Part shown: piece by piece, positions 12,914 to 25,434 of the stretch
Layout: every line of letters begins with the position of its first letter
Numbering within the stretch: the stretch's first letter is position 1
Sequence record: SDGD01000096.1
DNA length: 32,000 nt
Reading direction: 5' to 3' (one strand)
Made by a program: the position numbers and the translations under genes
Notes under the pieces: generated by a model
What the model was told of the DNA's origin: nothing
The model's input: the letters and a program-made list of their open reading frames with translations, nothing else
The model's database searches: none

Positions 12914-13624
12914 ATGACAACATCCGTTGTTACATTATCAGAACTTTTAGCAGCTAGAGTTCATCTAGGTCATAGATTTAATAAATGGAATCCTAAGATG
13001 GTAAGTTTTATTTATGCTGAGCGGAATAAAGTTCATATCATAGATTTAGTACAAACAGCATTTCTATTAGGCGAAGCATGTGATTATGTCAAACTTCTAG
13101 CCAAAAAAGGAAAGAAATTTTTATTTGTTGGGACAAGGCAAGAGTTAAATACAATACTTGCTGAGGAAGCACAAAGATGTAACTCTTTTTATATCAATCA
13201 AAGATGGCTAGGAGGACTATTAACTAATTGGGTTACAATAAAAAGTAGAGTACAAGCTTTAGAAAATCTAGAAAAGAAAGAATCAGAAGGCTTTTTCAAT
13301 AGTTTACCTAAAAAAGAATCAGCACGCTTAAAGAAAGAATTAGATAAATTACGCAGATATTTCAATGGAATTAGAAAAATGAATACTTTACCTGATGTAG
13401 TAATTATTATAGATCAGAGAAAAGATTTAACTGCCGTACAGGAATGCAATAAACTTAATATTCCTACTATTTGCATTGTAGATACAAATTGTAATCCAGA
13501 CATAGTTGATTTACCTATTCCAGCTAATGATGATGCTATTTGTTCAGTTAAATTAATACTAGGTAAACTAGTTGATTTTATTAAAGAAGGTCAGATAGAA
13601 AGGGAATTAAGTAAAACTAGTTAA
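12914..13624 (+). CDS. rps2: Ribosomal protein S2
   Basis: 236-aa ORF with LLAARVHLGHRFNKWNPKM, FVGTR, RWLGGLLTNW and IVDTNCNPD. Confidence 0.95.
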   Translation: MTTSVVTLSELLAARVHLGHRFNKWNPKMVSFIYAERNKVHIIDLVQTAFLLGEACDYVKLLAKKGKKFLFVGTRQELNTILAEEAQRCNSFYINQRWLGGLLTNWVTIKSRVQALENLEKKESEGFFNSLPKKESARLKKELDKLRRYFNGIRKMNTLPDVVIIIDQRKDLTAVQECNKLNIPTICIVDTNCNPDIVDLPIPANDDAICSVKLILGKLVDFIKEGQIERELSKTS

Positions 13625-13660
13625 TATTTTCTATTCAAAGTATATAAAAAGGAAAATAAA

Positions 13661-14260
13661 ATGTCAGAAATTTCTGCTCAATTAGTTAAAGAGCTTCGTG
13701 AAATTACAGGTGCAGGCATGATGGATTGTAAAAAAGCCTTAAGAGAGTCTAATGGAGACAAAGTTATGGCCATAGAGACTTTAAGAAAGAAGGGATTAGC
13801 TTCTGCTGACAGAAAAGCTAATAAAGTCGCTACAGAAGGAGTCATTGTGAGTTATATTCATACAGGTTATAAAATAGGTGTATTGGTCGAAGTCAATTGT
13901 GAAACAGATTTTGTTGCTAGAAGAAATGAATTTAAAGATTTTGCTAAGGATATAGCTATGCAAATAGCAGCTTCTCCTAGTGTTGAATATATTACATTTA
14001 ATGACATTCCTGCTGAAATTATAGAAAAAGAAAAAAAGATTGAATCAATGAGAGAAGATTTAAAAAATAAACCAGAAGATATTAAACAAAAAATTATAGA
14101 AGGAAGAATAAGAAAAAATTTAGAACTTTTGGTTTTATATGATCAAGCGTATATGCGTGATCAATCAATAAATATTGAGACTTTAGTAAAGTTAAAAATA
14201 TCGTATTTTAATGAAAATATTAAAATACGCAGATTTACAAAGTATATATTAGGTAATTAA
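13661..14260 (+). CDS. tsf: Elongation factor Ts
   Basis: 199-aa ORF with the N-terminal UBA-like motif [20 protein letters not shown], followed by [16 protein letters not shown]-like sequence. It follows rps2 as in bacteria and red plastids. Confidence 0.9.
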   Translation: MSEISAQLVKELREITGAGMMDCKKALRESNGDKVMAIETLRKKGLASADRKANKVATEGVIVSYIHTGYKIGVLVEVNCETDFVARRNEFKDFAKDIAMQIAASPSVEYITFNDIPAEIIEKEKKIESMREDLKNKPEDIKQKIIEGRIRKNLELLVLYDQAYMRDQSINIETLVKLKISYFNENIKIRRFTKYILGN

Positions 14261-14348
14261 ATTTGATTTTCTTTAAAAATCTTTGCTATACTTACTATTA
14301 GTAAGTATTCTTGAATTTATATTATAACATTTTATATATCACGTTAAT

Positions 14349-15050
14349 ATGCTAATATCATCAGTTAAGGTTGGAGAACATTTTTATTTTACTTTGGGAG
14401 TTTTTAAACTGCATGCTCAAGTTTTTATTGTTTCATTTTTTGTAATTTTAATTTTAATTCTTTTTTCTGTATTAGGAACTAATAAAATGTCACAAACCCC
14501 TAGAGGGTTACAAAATTTTCTTGAATATGTTTTAGAGTTCATTCAAGATATAACTAAAAGTCAAATTGGTGAACCTCACTATCGTGATTGGGTACCTTTT
14601 ATTGGAACATTATTTTTATTTATTTTTGTTTCTAATTGGTCAGGTGCTTTAATTCCTTGGAAAATGATAATACTCCCGGAAGGTGAACTGTCAGCACCAA
14701 CTAATGATATTAATACAACAGCAGCTTTAGCCTTACTAACTTCTCTAGCTTATTTTTATGCAGGAATTAGTAAAAAGGGATTACGTTATTTTTCTCGATA
14801 TATAAAACCTACACCGATATTGTTACCCATTAATATTTTGGAAGATTTTACTAAACCTTTGTCTCTTAGTTTTCGTTTATTTGGCAATATCTTAGCAGAT
14901 GAATTAGTTGTTTCTGTCTTAACTTTATTGGTACCTTTAATTGTTCCTTTACCAGTTATGATGCTAGGTTTATTTGCTAGTTCAATCCAGGCTTTAATTT
15001 TTGCAACCTTAGCAGCTGCATATATTGGTGAAGCTATTGAAGAACATTAA
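14349..15050 (+). CDS. atpI: ATP synthase CF0 subunit a
   Basis: 233-aa ORF with [35 protein letters not shown] and a C-terminal IGEAIEEH. Confidence 0.93.
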   Translation: MLISSVKVGEHFYFTLGVFKLHAQVFIVSFFVILILILFSVLGTNKMSQTPRGLQNFLEYVLEFIQDITKSQIGEPHYRDWVPFIGTLFLFIFVSNWSGALIPWKMIILPEGELSAPTNDINTTAALALLTSLAYFYAGISKKGLRYFSRYIKPTPILLPINILEDFTKPLSLSFRLFGNILADELVVSVLTLLVPLIVPLPVMMLGLFASSIQALIFATLAAAYIGEAIEEH

Positions 15051-15098
15051 ATTATAAATTAATATATACACACACATTCTAATTAAACTTATGAATAA

Positions 15099-15468
<370 letters not shown>

Positions 15469-15525
15469 ATAATATTAATATATTATTAATCATTATTACT
15501 ATATAATTTAATCAATCATAGAATC

Positions 15526-15998
15526 ATGCAATATCAATATATAAATTCATATAGTCTTTTAGCTGCAGGTGGTTTATTTGATTTTGATGCTACTTTATCA
15601 TTTATTGCTCTAGAATTTTTACTTTTAACAAGTGTATTAAATCTAATTTATTATCAACCAATAAGTAAGGTAATTGATTCTAGAGAAGATTATATTAGAG
15701 AAAATTTGAATAAAGCTTCACTCTATCTTGATCAAGCTAATGAGCTTACTAAGAAGTATGAGTTAGAGCTAATAACTGCACGTAAAGAAGCTATTAAAAT
15801 GGTTACAACAAGTCAAACTGAAGCTCAAGAATTTGTTAATGCTCAAATTAGTCAAGCCCAAAAGAAGCTCAAGAATTAATTCAGAGTTCAATGATGCAAT
15901 TTGAAAAAGAAAAAAATAAAGCTATATATAGTCTCGAAAAGCAAGTTGAACAACTAAGCGAGCAAATAAAAAATAAATTAATTAGTATATATATTTAA
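15526..15998 (+). CDS. atpG: ATP synthase CF0 subunit b', reading frame broken once (about 15852-15879)
   Basis: ORF 15526-15879 has the b'-type N-terminus ([40 protein letters not shown]). The coiled-coil continues in the -1 phase ([40 protein letters not shown]...) to the TAA at 15996-15998. Confidence 0.8.
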
Positions 15999-16026
15999 AA
16001 ATAAAAAGGTTAGGATAATAGGAAAT

Positions 16027-16557
16027 ATGTTCTTTGATGTTTTAGGTTATGAAAACTCGCAATCTTCAATAAAGATAAATTTAGATTTATTAGAAACTAA
16101 TATAATTAATATTTTTATATTAATTATAATTTTAATATATCTAGGAAGGAAATTTTTGGGTAGTATTCTTATAAATAGACAAAATAGAGTAATTACATCT
16201 ATTCGAGAATCAGAAGAACGTTTAGAGAAATCAACCATAAGACTTAATGAAGCTAAAAATCAATTAAGTTCTGCACAAATTATAATAAATCAAATAAAAC
16301 AAGAGGCCAAAAATACTGCAGCAAATGTTAAAGAGTCAATTTTAAAACAAGGCAAGACTGATATAGAGAGACTATTATTAAATACTAAGAATTATATTTA
16401 TAATACAGAATTACAAATCAAAAAACAAATTAAGCAGCAAATTGCTGCTCTAGCCTTACAAAAGGTACAAAGTAAATTAAAAGATGAATTAGACAACAAT
16501 ATCCAACAAAAAATTATTGATCAAAGTCTAGCAATGTTAACCATAAGGAATAAATAA
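16027..16557 (+). CDS. atpF: ATP synthase CF0 subunit b
   Basis: 176-aa ORF with one N-terminal TM helix and a long charged helix. Its position between atpG and atpD fits, and its stop overlaps the atpD ATG by 1 nt (TAATG). Confidence 0.85.
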   Translation: MFFDVLGYENSQSSIKINLDLLETNIINIFILIIILIYLGRKFLGSILINRQNRVITSIRESEERLEKSTIRLNEAKNQLSSAQIIINQIKQEAKNTAANVKESILKQGKTDIERLLLNTKNYIYNTELQIKKQIKQQIAALALQKVQSKLKDELDNNIQQKIIDQSLAMLTIRNK

Positions 16558-17102
16558 TGCATAATAATTACAAAATAGCTAAAGTTTATGCAGAAGGTTT
16601 ATTTGAAATAGCTAATACTAAAAATTCATTAGCTGAAATTAATGAACAATTGAATTCAATTAAAACTCTCTTAAAACAAATGCCTGAATTTTATTATTTT
16701 TTAGTTAATCCTTTAATTAGTCAACAAATAAAGAAAAACACTATTAAAATTGTTTTTAATAACAATCTTGATAAGATAACCTTAAATTTTTTATTAATCT
16801 TAATTGAACGAAGAAGAATCATATACTTTTATGATATTGTTGATCAATTTATTCTGATTTGGAATAAAGCTACAAATACTAGTGTAGTTGAAATAGCTTC
16901 AGTAATTTCATTAACAGAAAAACAACAACAGTATTTAATTAATAAATTAAAAGAAATAACTAAAGCTAATTACATTAAACTTAAGTTAAAAATTGATCCA
17001 AGTCTGATTGGTGGTTTAATTATTAAATTTGGATCAAATTTAATAGATTTAAGTTTAAAGGGACAAATTGAAAAATTCGCCTTATATTTAGGAATTAATT
17101 AG
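16557..17102 (+). CDS. atpD: ATP synthase CF1 delta subunit
   Basis: 181-aa OSCP/delta-like ORF (AKVYAEGLFEIA..., IDPSLIGGLIIKFGSNLIDLSLKGQ), located between atpF and atpA. Confidence 0.85.
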   Translation: MHNNYKIAKVYAEGLFEIANTKNSLAEINEQLNSIKTLLKQMPEFYYFLVNPLISQQIKKNTIKIVFNNNLDKITLNFLLILIERRRIIYFYDIVDQFILIWNKATNTSVVEIASVISLTEKQQQYLINKLKEITKANYIKLKLKIDPSLIGGLIIKFGSNLIDLSLKGQIEKFALYLGIN

Positions 17103-17132
17103 TATTATACAAACAATAAAATCATAGGTTAA

Positions 17133-18736
<1,604 letters not shown>

Positions 18737-18751
<15 letters not shown>

Positions 18752-19510
18752 CCATTCATAACCTTGAGATTCTAATTGGTTGGCCAAGTTTGCATCACCT
18801 GTTTTAATTATCTTGCCTTTATACATTACGTGAATATAGTCTGGTTGTATATAATTTAGAATCCTTTGATAATGTGTAATTATTATAATTGACTGTTTAA
18901 ATTGGCTCAGTTTCAAAATACTTTTAATAGCATTTGAAATATCTTGTAAAGCATCTATATCTAGTCCTGAATCTGTTTCATCTAAAATAGATAGTTTAGC
19001 ATCTAATAAAGACATTTGAAGTATTTCATTCTTTTTTTTTTCTCCTCCAGAAAATCCTTCATTTACTTTTCTATATAAGAAACTTTCATCAAGACCAACA
19101 AGCTTTAATTTCGGATATACAATCTCTAAAAATTTCAGAGGGTCAACTGGATTCCTTTGATTAAATTTAAGTTTTGAATTGTAAGCAAGACGAAGAAAAT
19201 CAATGTTATTGACTCCTGCTATTTCTAACGGATATTGAAAAGCTAAGAATATACCTAAATTAGCTCTATCTTCTATAGTGTAATTTAGTAAATTTTGGTC
19301 TTGAAATATAATTTCACCTTTAACAACTTTATATAAACTATGTCCAGCTATGACCTTAGACAAAGTACTTTTTCCAGAACCATTTGGACCCATTATAGCG
19401 TGAATTTCGCCTTGATTAACATTAAGATTAATACCATTTAGAATATATTCTTCAGTATTTGCTAATTTAACATGTAAGTTTTTTATTTGTAATAAACTCT
19501 TATGCTTCAT
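18737..19510 (-). CDS. sufC: Fe-S cluster assembly ATPase SufC (ycf16)
   Basis: 257-aa ORF with Walker [10 protein letters not shown], the ABC signature FSGGEKKK and Walker [13 protein letters not shown]. Its ATG overlaps the sufB stop by 4 nt (ATGA). Confidence 0.95.
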
Positions 19511-20964
19511 CCTACACTTCCTTCTAGTTTTAGACCTAATAATTTATCAGCTTCTAAAGCAAATTCTAATGGTAGTTCAGTGAAAACTTCCTTACAAAAT
19601 CCACTTACTATTAGTGAAATTGCTTCTTCTATTGATATACCTCTTTGCATAAAATAGAAAAGTTTTTCCTCATTAATTTTTGAAATAGAAGCTTCATGTT
19701 CTATTATGGAAGATCTATTATAGACTTCTATATAAGGAAATGTATTAGCTTCTGAACTATTTCCTATTAAGAGTGAGTCACATTGAGAATAATTCCGTGC
19801 TCTAGAAGCATTTAATGATACCTTTACTTTACCTCTATAACTATTTATTGAGTTACCTGTAGAAATTCCTTTTGAAATTATTTTACTTCTACTATTTTTT
19901 CCAATATGAATCATTTTACTGCCTGTATCTGCTTGTTGATAATGATTTGTTAGTGCTACAGAATAAAACTCTCCTTTAGAATTATTTCCTGCTAAAATAC
20001 AACTAGGATATTTCCAAGTAATAGCAGAACCTGTTTCTACTTGTGTCCAAGAGATTTTGGAATTGCTTTCTGCACATAATCCCCTTTTAGTAACAAAATT
20101 ATAAATTCCTCCTTTACCATTTTCGTCTCCACTGTACCAATTTTGTACTGTAGAATATTTAACTTCTGAATTCTCTAAAGCAATAATTTCAACAACTGCA
20201 GCATGAAGTTGATTTTTCTTATATTGTGGTGCTGTACATCCTTCAAGATAACTTACATAGCTATTTCGATCAGCTACAATAAGAGTTCTTTCAAATTGAC
20301 CAGATTCTTCATTATTTATTCGGAAATACGTTGATAATTCTAGTGGACATTTTGTATTTGGAGGTATATAACAAAAAGAACCATCAGTAAATACCGCAGA
20401 ATTAAGTGCTGCAAAATAATTATCACCAATAGGTACTACAGAACCTAAATACTTTTGAATTAGAGAAGGATATTTTTGGATAGCTTCTGAAATTGAGCAA
20501 AAAATTATACCTTGATCTGCTAATTCCTGTTTAAAAGTTGTTCCAATTGATATACTATCAAATACCGCATCTACTGCTACATTTGTAAGTCTTTTTTGTT
20601 CATTTAATGGAATTCCTAATTTTTCAAAAGTTTTAAGCAATTCTGGATCTACTTCATTTAGACTTTGTAGCTTTTTTTGTTGTTTAGGTACAGAATAATA
20701 AACTATGTTTTGGTAATTAATTGGTTCAAAATTTAGATATTGCCATTTAGGAAGATACATTTGTTTCCATTTTTTATATGCTTTTAGTCTAAAATCTAGC
20801 ATATATTTAGGTTCATTCTTTTTTTTTGAAATTAAAGCAACAATATCTTCATTGATTCCTTTAGGGAATTCCTCGTTTTGTATTTTAGTACTAAATCCAT
20901 ATTTATATGATTTATTGATAAGTTGTTCTAATTTTATCGTTGTGGTATCTAATGATTGGTTCAT
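19507..20964 (-). CDS. sufB: Fe-S cluster assembly scaffold SufB (ycf24)
   Basis: 485-aa ORF with strong SufB similarity throughout (YGFSTKI..., [18 protein letters not shown]-like core, [10 protein letters not shown]). Confidence 0.95.
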   Translation of the reverse strand: MNQSLDTTTIKLEQLINKSYKYGFSTKIQNEEFPKGINEDIVALISKKKNEPKYMLDFRLKAYKKWKQMYLPKWQYLNFEPINYQNIVYYSVPKQQKKLQSLNEVDPELLKTFEKLGIPLNEQKRLTNVAVDAVFDSISIGTTFKQELADQGIIFCSISEAIQKYPSLIQKYLGSVVPIGDNYFAALNSAVFTDGSFCYIPPNTKCPLELSTYFRINNEESGQFERTLIVADRNSYVSYLEGCTAPQYKKNQLHAAVVEIIALENSEVKYSTVQNWYSGDENGKGGIYNFVTKRGLCAESNSKISWTQVETGSAITWKYPSCILAGNNSKGEFYSVALTNHYQQADTGSKMIHIGKNSRSKIISKGISTGNSINSYRGKVKVSLNASRARNYSQCDSLLIGNSSEANTFPYIEVYNRSSIIEHEASISKINEEKLFYFMQRGISIEEAISLIVSGFCKEVFTELPLEFALEADKLLGLKLEGSVG

Positions 20965-21091
20965 ACTTCATTTAACTTAAACAATATATGCTATTATTAA
21001 TAATATTTTCTATTAATGTTACTTGAGAATATAAAGGATTTCATATATGATGAGTCATCTAGCTTAATTTAAAAAGTGAATTTAAGTTTTG

Positions 21092-21841
21092 TTAACTTAA
21101 ATAGAGTATGCATTTTAAATTAAAAGATATTTTATTTACACTAGAAATACTTTTTTTTAAATTAATAATAATTAGCTTATAAATAAGCGATAAGTAAGAA
21201 TTAGATGAATATATCGATTGATTTGATTCTTCACATATATTATATCTTTTCAATTTGACTATATATGTAGAATACCTAAAATTTTCATAAAATATATTTA
21301 AAAATCTTTCACTAATAAAACTTGAATATTTTATTTCTTTTTTACATAATTTGGTTACTAATATTATCATATTAGTAACTGTACTAAGAATTGAATTGAT
21401 TATTTGATAATTACTAGTACTTAGTAATAAAAAATTAATAATATAAAAGTTAATTGTAACAAATATAAGAAATTTATATAAAAAATAATTTTCTAATATT
21501 GTTTTATATATTAGTTCTAAATTAATTGGTGATAATATTTTTAATATAAAAATATTTAATAATATACTTATTAATAAAAGAAAGTATAATGATCTCATTT
21601 TATAAACAAAAAGAATTTTTTTTATTAAAAGTTTAGTTTTAAATTCTAGAATAAAACTTACTAATATACATATACTAATTATAAATATGTGAAAACTCAA
21701 AAAAATGTTAAAATTTAGATTAAAAGAAATAACTATAATATAAATAATAATACTTTTTGTAATAAAAGATAATTTACAAAGATATGTCCAAGGAGATATC
21801 AAATATTTCCTTGATATTGTATAATAATATAAGTTATACAT
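21092..21841 (-). CDS. Hypothetical multi-pass membrane protein, 249 aa, function unassigned
   Basis: A 750-nt open frame in DNA that is about 80% A+T, where stops should be frequent. It has several I/L/F-rich hydrophobic segments and a polar C-terminal third. I could recognise no family motif with confidence. Confidence 0.45.
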   Translation of the reverse strand: MYNLYYYTISRKYLISPWTYLCKLSFITKSIIIYIIVISFNLNFNIFLSFHIFIISICILVSFILEFKTKLLIKKILFVYKMRSLYFLLLISILLNIFILKILSPINLELIYKTILENYFLYKFLIFVTINFYIINFLLLSTSNYQIINSILSTVTNMIILVTKLCKKEIKYSSFISERFLNIFYENFRYSTYIVKLKRYNICEESNQSIYSSNSYLSLIYKLIIINLKKSISSVNKISFNLKCILYLS

Positions 21842-21871
21842 AAGTATTTTGTTTTAAAGGTTTAATTTATT

Positions 21872-21953
21872 GGGTAGGTGGCGAAACTGGTAGACGCATC
21901 ACACTCAAAATGTGACAACTTTTGTTGTAAGGGTTCAAATCCCTTCCTACCTA
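21872..21953 (+). tRNA. trnL: tRNA-Leu, anticodon CAA (class II, long variable arm)
   Basis: Cloverleaf read by hand: acceptor gggtagg/cctacct, D arm gcg...cgc, anticodon stem tcaca/tgtga with loop ctCAAaa, long variable arm, T arm aaggg-ttcaaat-ccctt, discriminator A. Confidence 0.85.
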
Positions 21954-21955
21954 AT

Positions 21956-22047
21956 TTATTTTAATGTAATTGGTGTTATAAATGATTATATTATATCTTA
22001 TATAAGATATAATATAATCATTTATAACACCAATTACATTAAAATAA
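21956..22047. repeat. 92-nt perfect palindrome filling the trnL(CAA)-ycf39 spacer
   Basis: 46 base pairs were verified around the centre at 22001/22002. It starts 3 nt after the tRNA and ends on the A of the ycf39 ATG (22047). Confidence 0.95.
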
Positions 22048-22999
22048 TGAATATACTTGTAGTAGGAGCAACTGGAACACTAGGTAGACAAATAGTTTTT
22101 ATAGCTATCGATAAAGGATATAAGGTTAAATGTTTAGTTAGAGATTTAGGTAAAGCTTCTTTTTTGAAAGAGTGGGGAGCAGAATTGATATATGGTGATT
22201 TAACAAAAAAGACACCCTTCCGGAAGCTTTAAAAGGAATAAGTGTAGTTATAGATGCATCTACAACTAGACTAAATGAGTTTTATAATATGGAAAAAACA
22301 GAAAAAAATGCTAAAATTGCTTTAATAAAAGCTTCTGAGATTGCAGGTGTTAAAAAATTTATATTTTTTTCCATTGTTAACGCGAAAAAATATACCAATT
22401 TACCTTTATTGAAATTTAAATATGAAATAGAACAATACTTGGAAAGATCTTCAGCATTAAATTATACAATATTTTGTTTAGTTGGATTTTTTCAAGGAAT
22501 AATTAATCAGTATGCTATACCTATTTTAGAAAATCAACCTATTGTTATTACTTCTAGGGAAACTTTTATAAGTTATATTGATGCAAGAGATGTAGCAAAA
22601 ATTTCTTTAGCTTCGATTAATTCGCCCATATTTAGAAAGAAAAATTTTAATTTATGGGGACCTAAGAGTTGGACAACCGAAGAAATTATTGAGTTATGTC
22701 AAAAATTTTCTGGACAGAAAGCAAAAACTATATATATCCCATTCTCTTTAATTAGGTTTTCTCGTTATATTACTTCTTTATTTGAATGGACATGGAATAT
22801 TTCTAATATGCTTGCTTTTATTGAAATATTTATATTTGCTAATCAATTAACTGGCAATAGTGATTATTTATATAAAATTTCTAATATCAATGATTTATCT
22901 AAATTAGATAAATATCTGAAGGAGTATTTTGATAAAGTTCTTAAAAAGATACAGGAATTAAATTATGATAAATTAAGATTGAAAAATAGAATAAATTAA
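22047..22999 (+). CDS. ycf39: Ycf39 (NmrA/SDR-like, photosystem II assembly factor), reading frame broken once at the A6 run 22205-22210
   Basis: The N-terminus [17 protein letters not shown] (Rossmann GxxGxxG) is in frame 0 up to the stop at 22230-22232. The -1 phase is open from 22199 and reads [41 protein letters not shown]... through to 22999. Confidence 0.85.
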
Positions 23000-23171
23000 A
23001 TCTTTATTTGCTGTAATTATTATTTTATTTGTAATATATCTGATAAAAGGCTCCAGGGTTTTAAGTTATTTTTTTGTCAATAAAATTAGAAATAAAAATT
23101 TGTAAATATTTACCTATATAATATTATATATTTGTTTATTGTTTATAATTAATTAATTGGAGTAATAATTA

Positions 23172-23288
23172 ATGTTAACTCTAAAAATTTTAGTATATAC
23201 AGTAGTAATATTCTTTATATCTCTATTCGTTTTCGGATTTTTGTCAAATGATCCTTCCAGAAATCCGAATCGCAGAGACTTAGAATAA
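23172..23288 (+). CDS. psbI: Photosystem II protein I
   Basis: Hand translation gives [38 protein letters not shown] (38 aa), a near-canonical PsbI. A GGAG-like site (ttggag) lies upstream. The gene is too short for the ORF track. Confidence 0.9.
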   Translation: MLTLKILVYTVVIFFISLFVFGFLSNDPSRNPNRRDLE

Positions 23289-23357
23289 AATGAAAAGCCC
23301 TAGTTTATAAACTAGGGCTTTTCATTTTATTCTAAGTCTCTGCGATTCGGATTTCTG
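23258..23357. repeat. 100-nt perfect palindrome spanning the psbI and cpcS-like stop codons
   Basis: 50 base pairs were verified around the centre at 23307/23308. It covers the last 31 nt of psbI and the last 26 nt of the convergent cpcS-like ORF. Confidence 0.95.
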
Positions 23358-23859
23358 AACCGAAAGAAGTTGAAATACATTTGTCATCATTAAATAAACT
23401 GGTTACACTTAATTTTAAATTATTATTAGGAAACCATATTTTTTCGCATGTTGTACAGTTACTATCTTCTATGAATAGAGTGAAATATTCAGTATAATTT
23501 TTTTCTTTACAACTTAGATAATCACATTTTAATATTGAACTATAATTTAATATACGTATAAACTTATTTGAATTATCTTGATAAGGAATTATTAGTACTG
23601 TAGATAAATGATCCTTTGTTAAAAATTTTTGACTATTAGACCATAAAATTTGAGTGATTAGATTGAATGCTAGCTCTTTATAGTGGTAAATTGGCTTTTG
23701 TAATTCATTTAAAATATATTTATCCTTAATCCCCTCTTTTGACGGGTGTATTGTAATATATCCCTTATTAGTAATAACCTTTTCAGAGTTCATATGATAA
23801 GTTGTTCTTTGTACAAACCATGTACCATTTATTTTTTCTAAAAACCTTATTAAATCCAT
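23332..23859 (-). CDS. Phycobiliprotein lyase, CpcS/CpeS family (ycf58-like)
   Basis: 175-aa ORF. The N-terminus MDLIRFLEKINGTWFVQRTTYHMNSEK resembles the CpcS-family motif (F..S.G.W.SQRT.HH), and there is a C-terminal SFGSEIRI. Confidence 0.65.
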   Translation of the reverse strand: MDLIRFLEKINGTWFVQRTTYHMNSEKVITNKGYITIHPSKEGIKDKYILNELQKPIYHYKELAFNLITQILWSNSQKFLTKDHLSTVLIIPYQDNSNKFIRILNYSSILKCDYLSCKEKNYTEYFTLFIEDSNCTTCEKIWFPNNNLKLSVTSLFNDDKCISTSFGSEIRIAET

Positions 23860-23904
23860 AATAATCTAACTTATAATTATTATAATAAATTAATACTACA
23901 TTCT

Positions 23905-24741
23905 ATGAAAAATTGGAGACTACAAAAAATTAACCAATCTGCATTTGAAAAAACAGGCCCTATACCAAGATCTATTACTAGAACCTTTGAAAAATTTAAG
24001 AAAGAACTCGATCCCAATTCCGAAGCTGAACTTATTGAGCAATTTAAAGTATCTCGTTACCAAACTGTTGTTTCAATTAAATATTTAATTTTATTAATTG
24101 CAGCACCTGTTATTGTTAATCAGATTGCTAAGAATTTTATTTTTGGACCTCTTATTAATTATTTTTGGAATATCAAGCAACCAGAGATATTTTTAAATCC
24201 TTCACAAGAAGAAAGGGCTTTTGCAGAACTTCAGAGAATTGAAGAAAAAATTCATTTCGAAAGTTTAATTGGTCAAACTAAAGATCTTTCAAATGAAAAT
24301 ATTGAACAAAAAATTAAGCAAAGAGCAATTGAACTTGCAGAATCTTATTCAGAGGAAAGTGCAAATGCTATAAAAAATATTCTTGCTGATATTTCTTCTG
24401 TTATCGCAGTTGCAATTTTAATGATTTTTGGTAGAAGACAAATTACAATTTTAAAATCATTTTTAGACGAATTAGTTTATGGCTTGAGTGATACAGCAAA
24501 AGCTTTCTTAATTATTTTATTTACAGATATTTTCGTAGGATTTCATTCTCCTCACGGCTGGGAAGTTATTATTGAAGCTATGCTACGTCACTTTGGTTTA
24601 CCAGAAAATAGAGATTTTATTTTTCTTTTTATTGCTACTTTCCCTGTTCTACTTGATACAGTTTTCAAGTATTGGATTTTCCGTTATCTGAATCGAGTTT
24701 CTCCATCTGCGGTTGCGACTTATCGCAACATGAATGAGTAA
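23905..24741 (+). CDS. cemA: Envelope membrane protein CemA (ycf10)
   Basis: 278-aa ORF with IPRSI near the N-terminus and the conserved GFHSPHGWEVIIE and FPVLLDTVFKYWIFRYLNRVSPSAVATY. Confidence 0.9.
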   Translation: MKNWRLQKINQSAFEKTGPIPRSITRTFEKFKKELDPNSEAELIEQFKVSRYQTVVSIKYLILLIAAPVIVNQIAKNFIFGPLINYFWNIKQPEIFLNPSQEERAFAELQRIEEKIHFESLIGQTKDLSNENIEQKIKQRAIELAESYSEESANAIKNILADISSVIAVAILMIFGRRQITILKSFLDELVYGLSDTAKAFLIILFTDIFVGFHSPHGWEVIIEAMLRHFGLPENRDFIFLFIATFPVLLDTVFKYWIFRYLNRVSPSAVATYRNMNE

Positions 24742-24946
24742 GAGAATTTAATATCTTGATCCAAATTGTTTTTATGCAATTAAGAATAAATAAAGTAAAA
24801 AAAATTGAATTAATAATTGTCCATAATACTATTTCTAAAATAATTTTATCTATAATCCATATACATATTGAGATAAGACACTTAATAAAGCTTAATATTT
24901 TTTTCTCATAACTTTTTTATTAGTAAGAATATTAAGAATATACAAT

Positions 24947-24980
24947 AAAAAAAAGAAGAATCATGATTCTTCTTTTTTTT
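24947..24980. terminator. 34-nt perfect palindrome abutting the psaL stop codon, between convergent cemA and psaL
   Basis: aaaaaaaagaagaatca/tgattcttctttttttt gives 17 verified pairs centred at 24963/24964. It ends 1 nt before the psaL stop (24981-24983). Confidence 0.6.
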
Positions 24981-25406
24981 TTATAAATTTACTAAAATAA
25001 GATATGCAAAACCGGCACCACCTATAGCACCCACTAAAAAGCCTGCAGTAAACTGATTCCACCCTTCTGATGTTTGTAATTGATCTTTTGATTCATCTTT
25101 ATCAAAAGATGTATTACCATATAATAATAAACCTACAGTCAAAAAAATGATCAAACCGACAGAAGATAAGAATCCTGAAAGTAAAGCAATTTCTGAATTA
25201 CGTAGTGGACCTAATTTGTAAAAAGGACCAATAATAAAATATCCATGTGCCATTCCAATTTCTAAACCTCTCAATAATGGTGAGAGTCTTCTGCGATATA
25301 TAGGTAAATTACTTAATAAATTTTTGGTTAAACTAGAAGTATTAATTGGTGTAGCAAGATTGCCTGCAAAAGGGTCATCATTATATGGTTTTATAAAATC
25401 TGTCAT
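24981..25406 (-). CDS. psaL: Photosystem I subunit XI
   Basis: 141-aa ORF with [43 protein letters not shown], which is canonical PsaL. Confidence 0.92.
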   Translation of the reverse strand: MTDFIKPYNDDPFAGNLATPINTSSLTKNLLSNLPIYRRRLSPLLRGLEIGMAHGYFIIGPFYKLGPLRNSEIALLSGFLSSVGLIIFLTVGLLLYGNTSFDKDESKDQLQTSEGWNQFTAGFLVGAIGGAGFAYLILVNL

Positions 25407-25434
25407 AATTTATCCTTATTTAATAGAAAAATAT

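Noticed and set aside
21912-22046. N-terminal extension of the track ORF 21912-22232
   Set aside because: The ORF starts at a GTG inside trnL(CAA) and reads through the 92-nt palindrome. The conserved Ycf39 N-terminus begins at the ATG at 22047.
22999-23171. Sigma70-type -35/-10 promoter upstream of psbI, and similar TATAAT-like strings in other spacers
   Set aside because: TATAAT-like hexamers are ubiquitous in spacers with 80% A+T, and the spacings to TTG-containing hexamers that I checked were not 16-18 nt. No promoter can be called reliably without transcript mapping.
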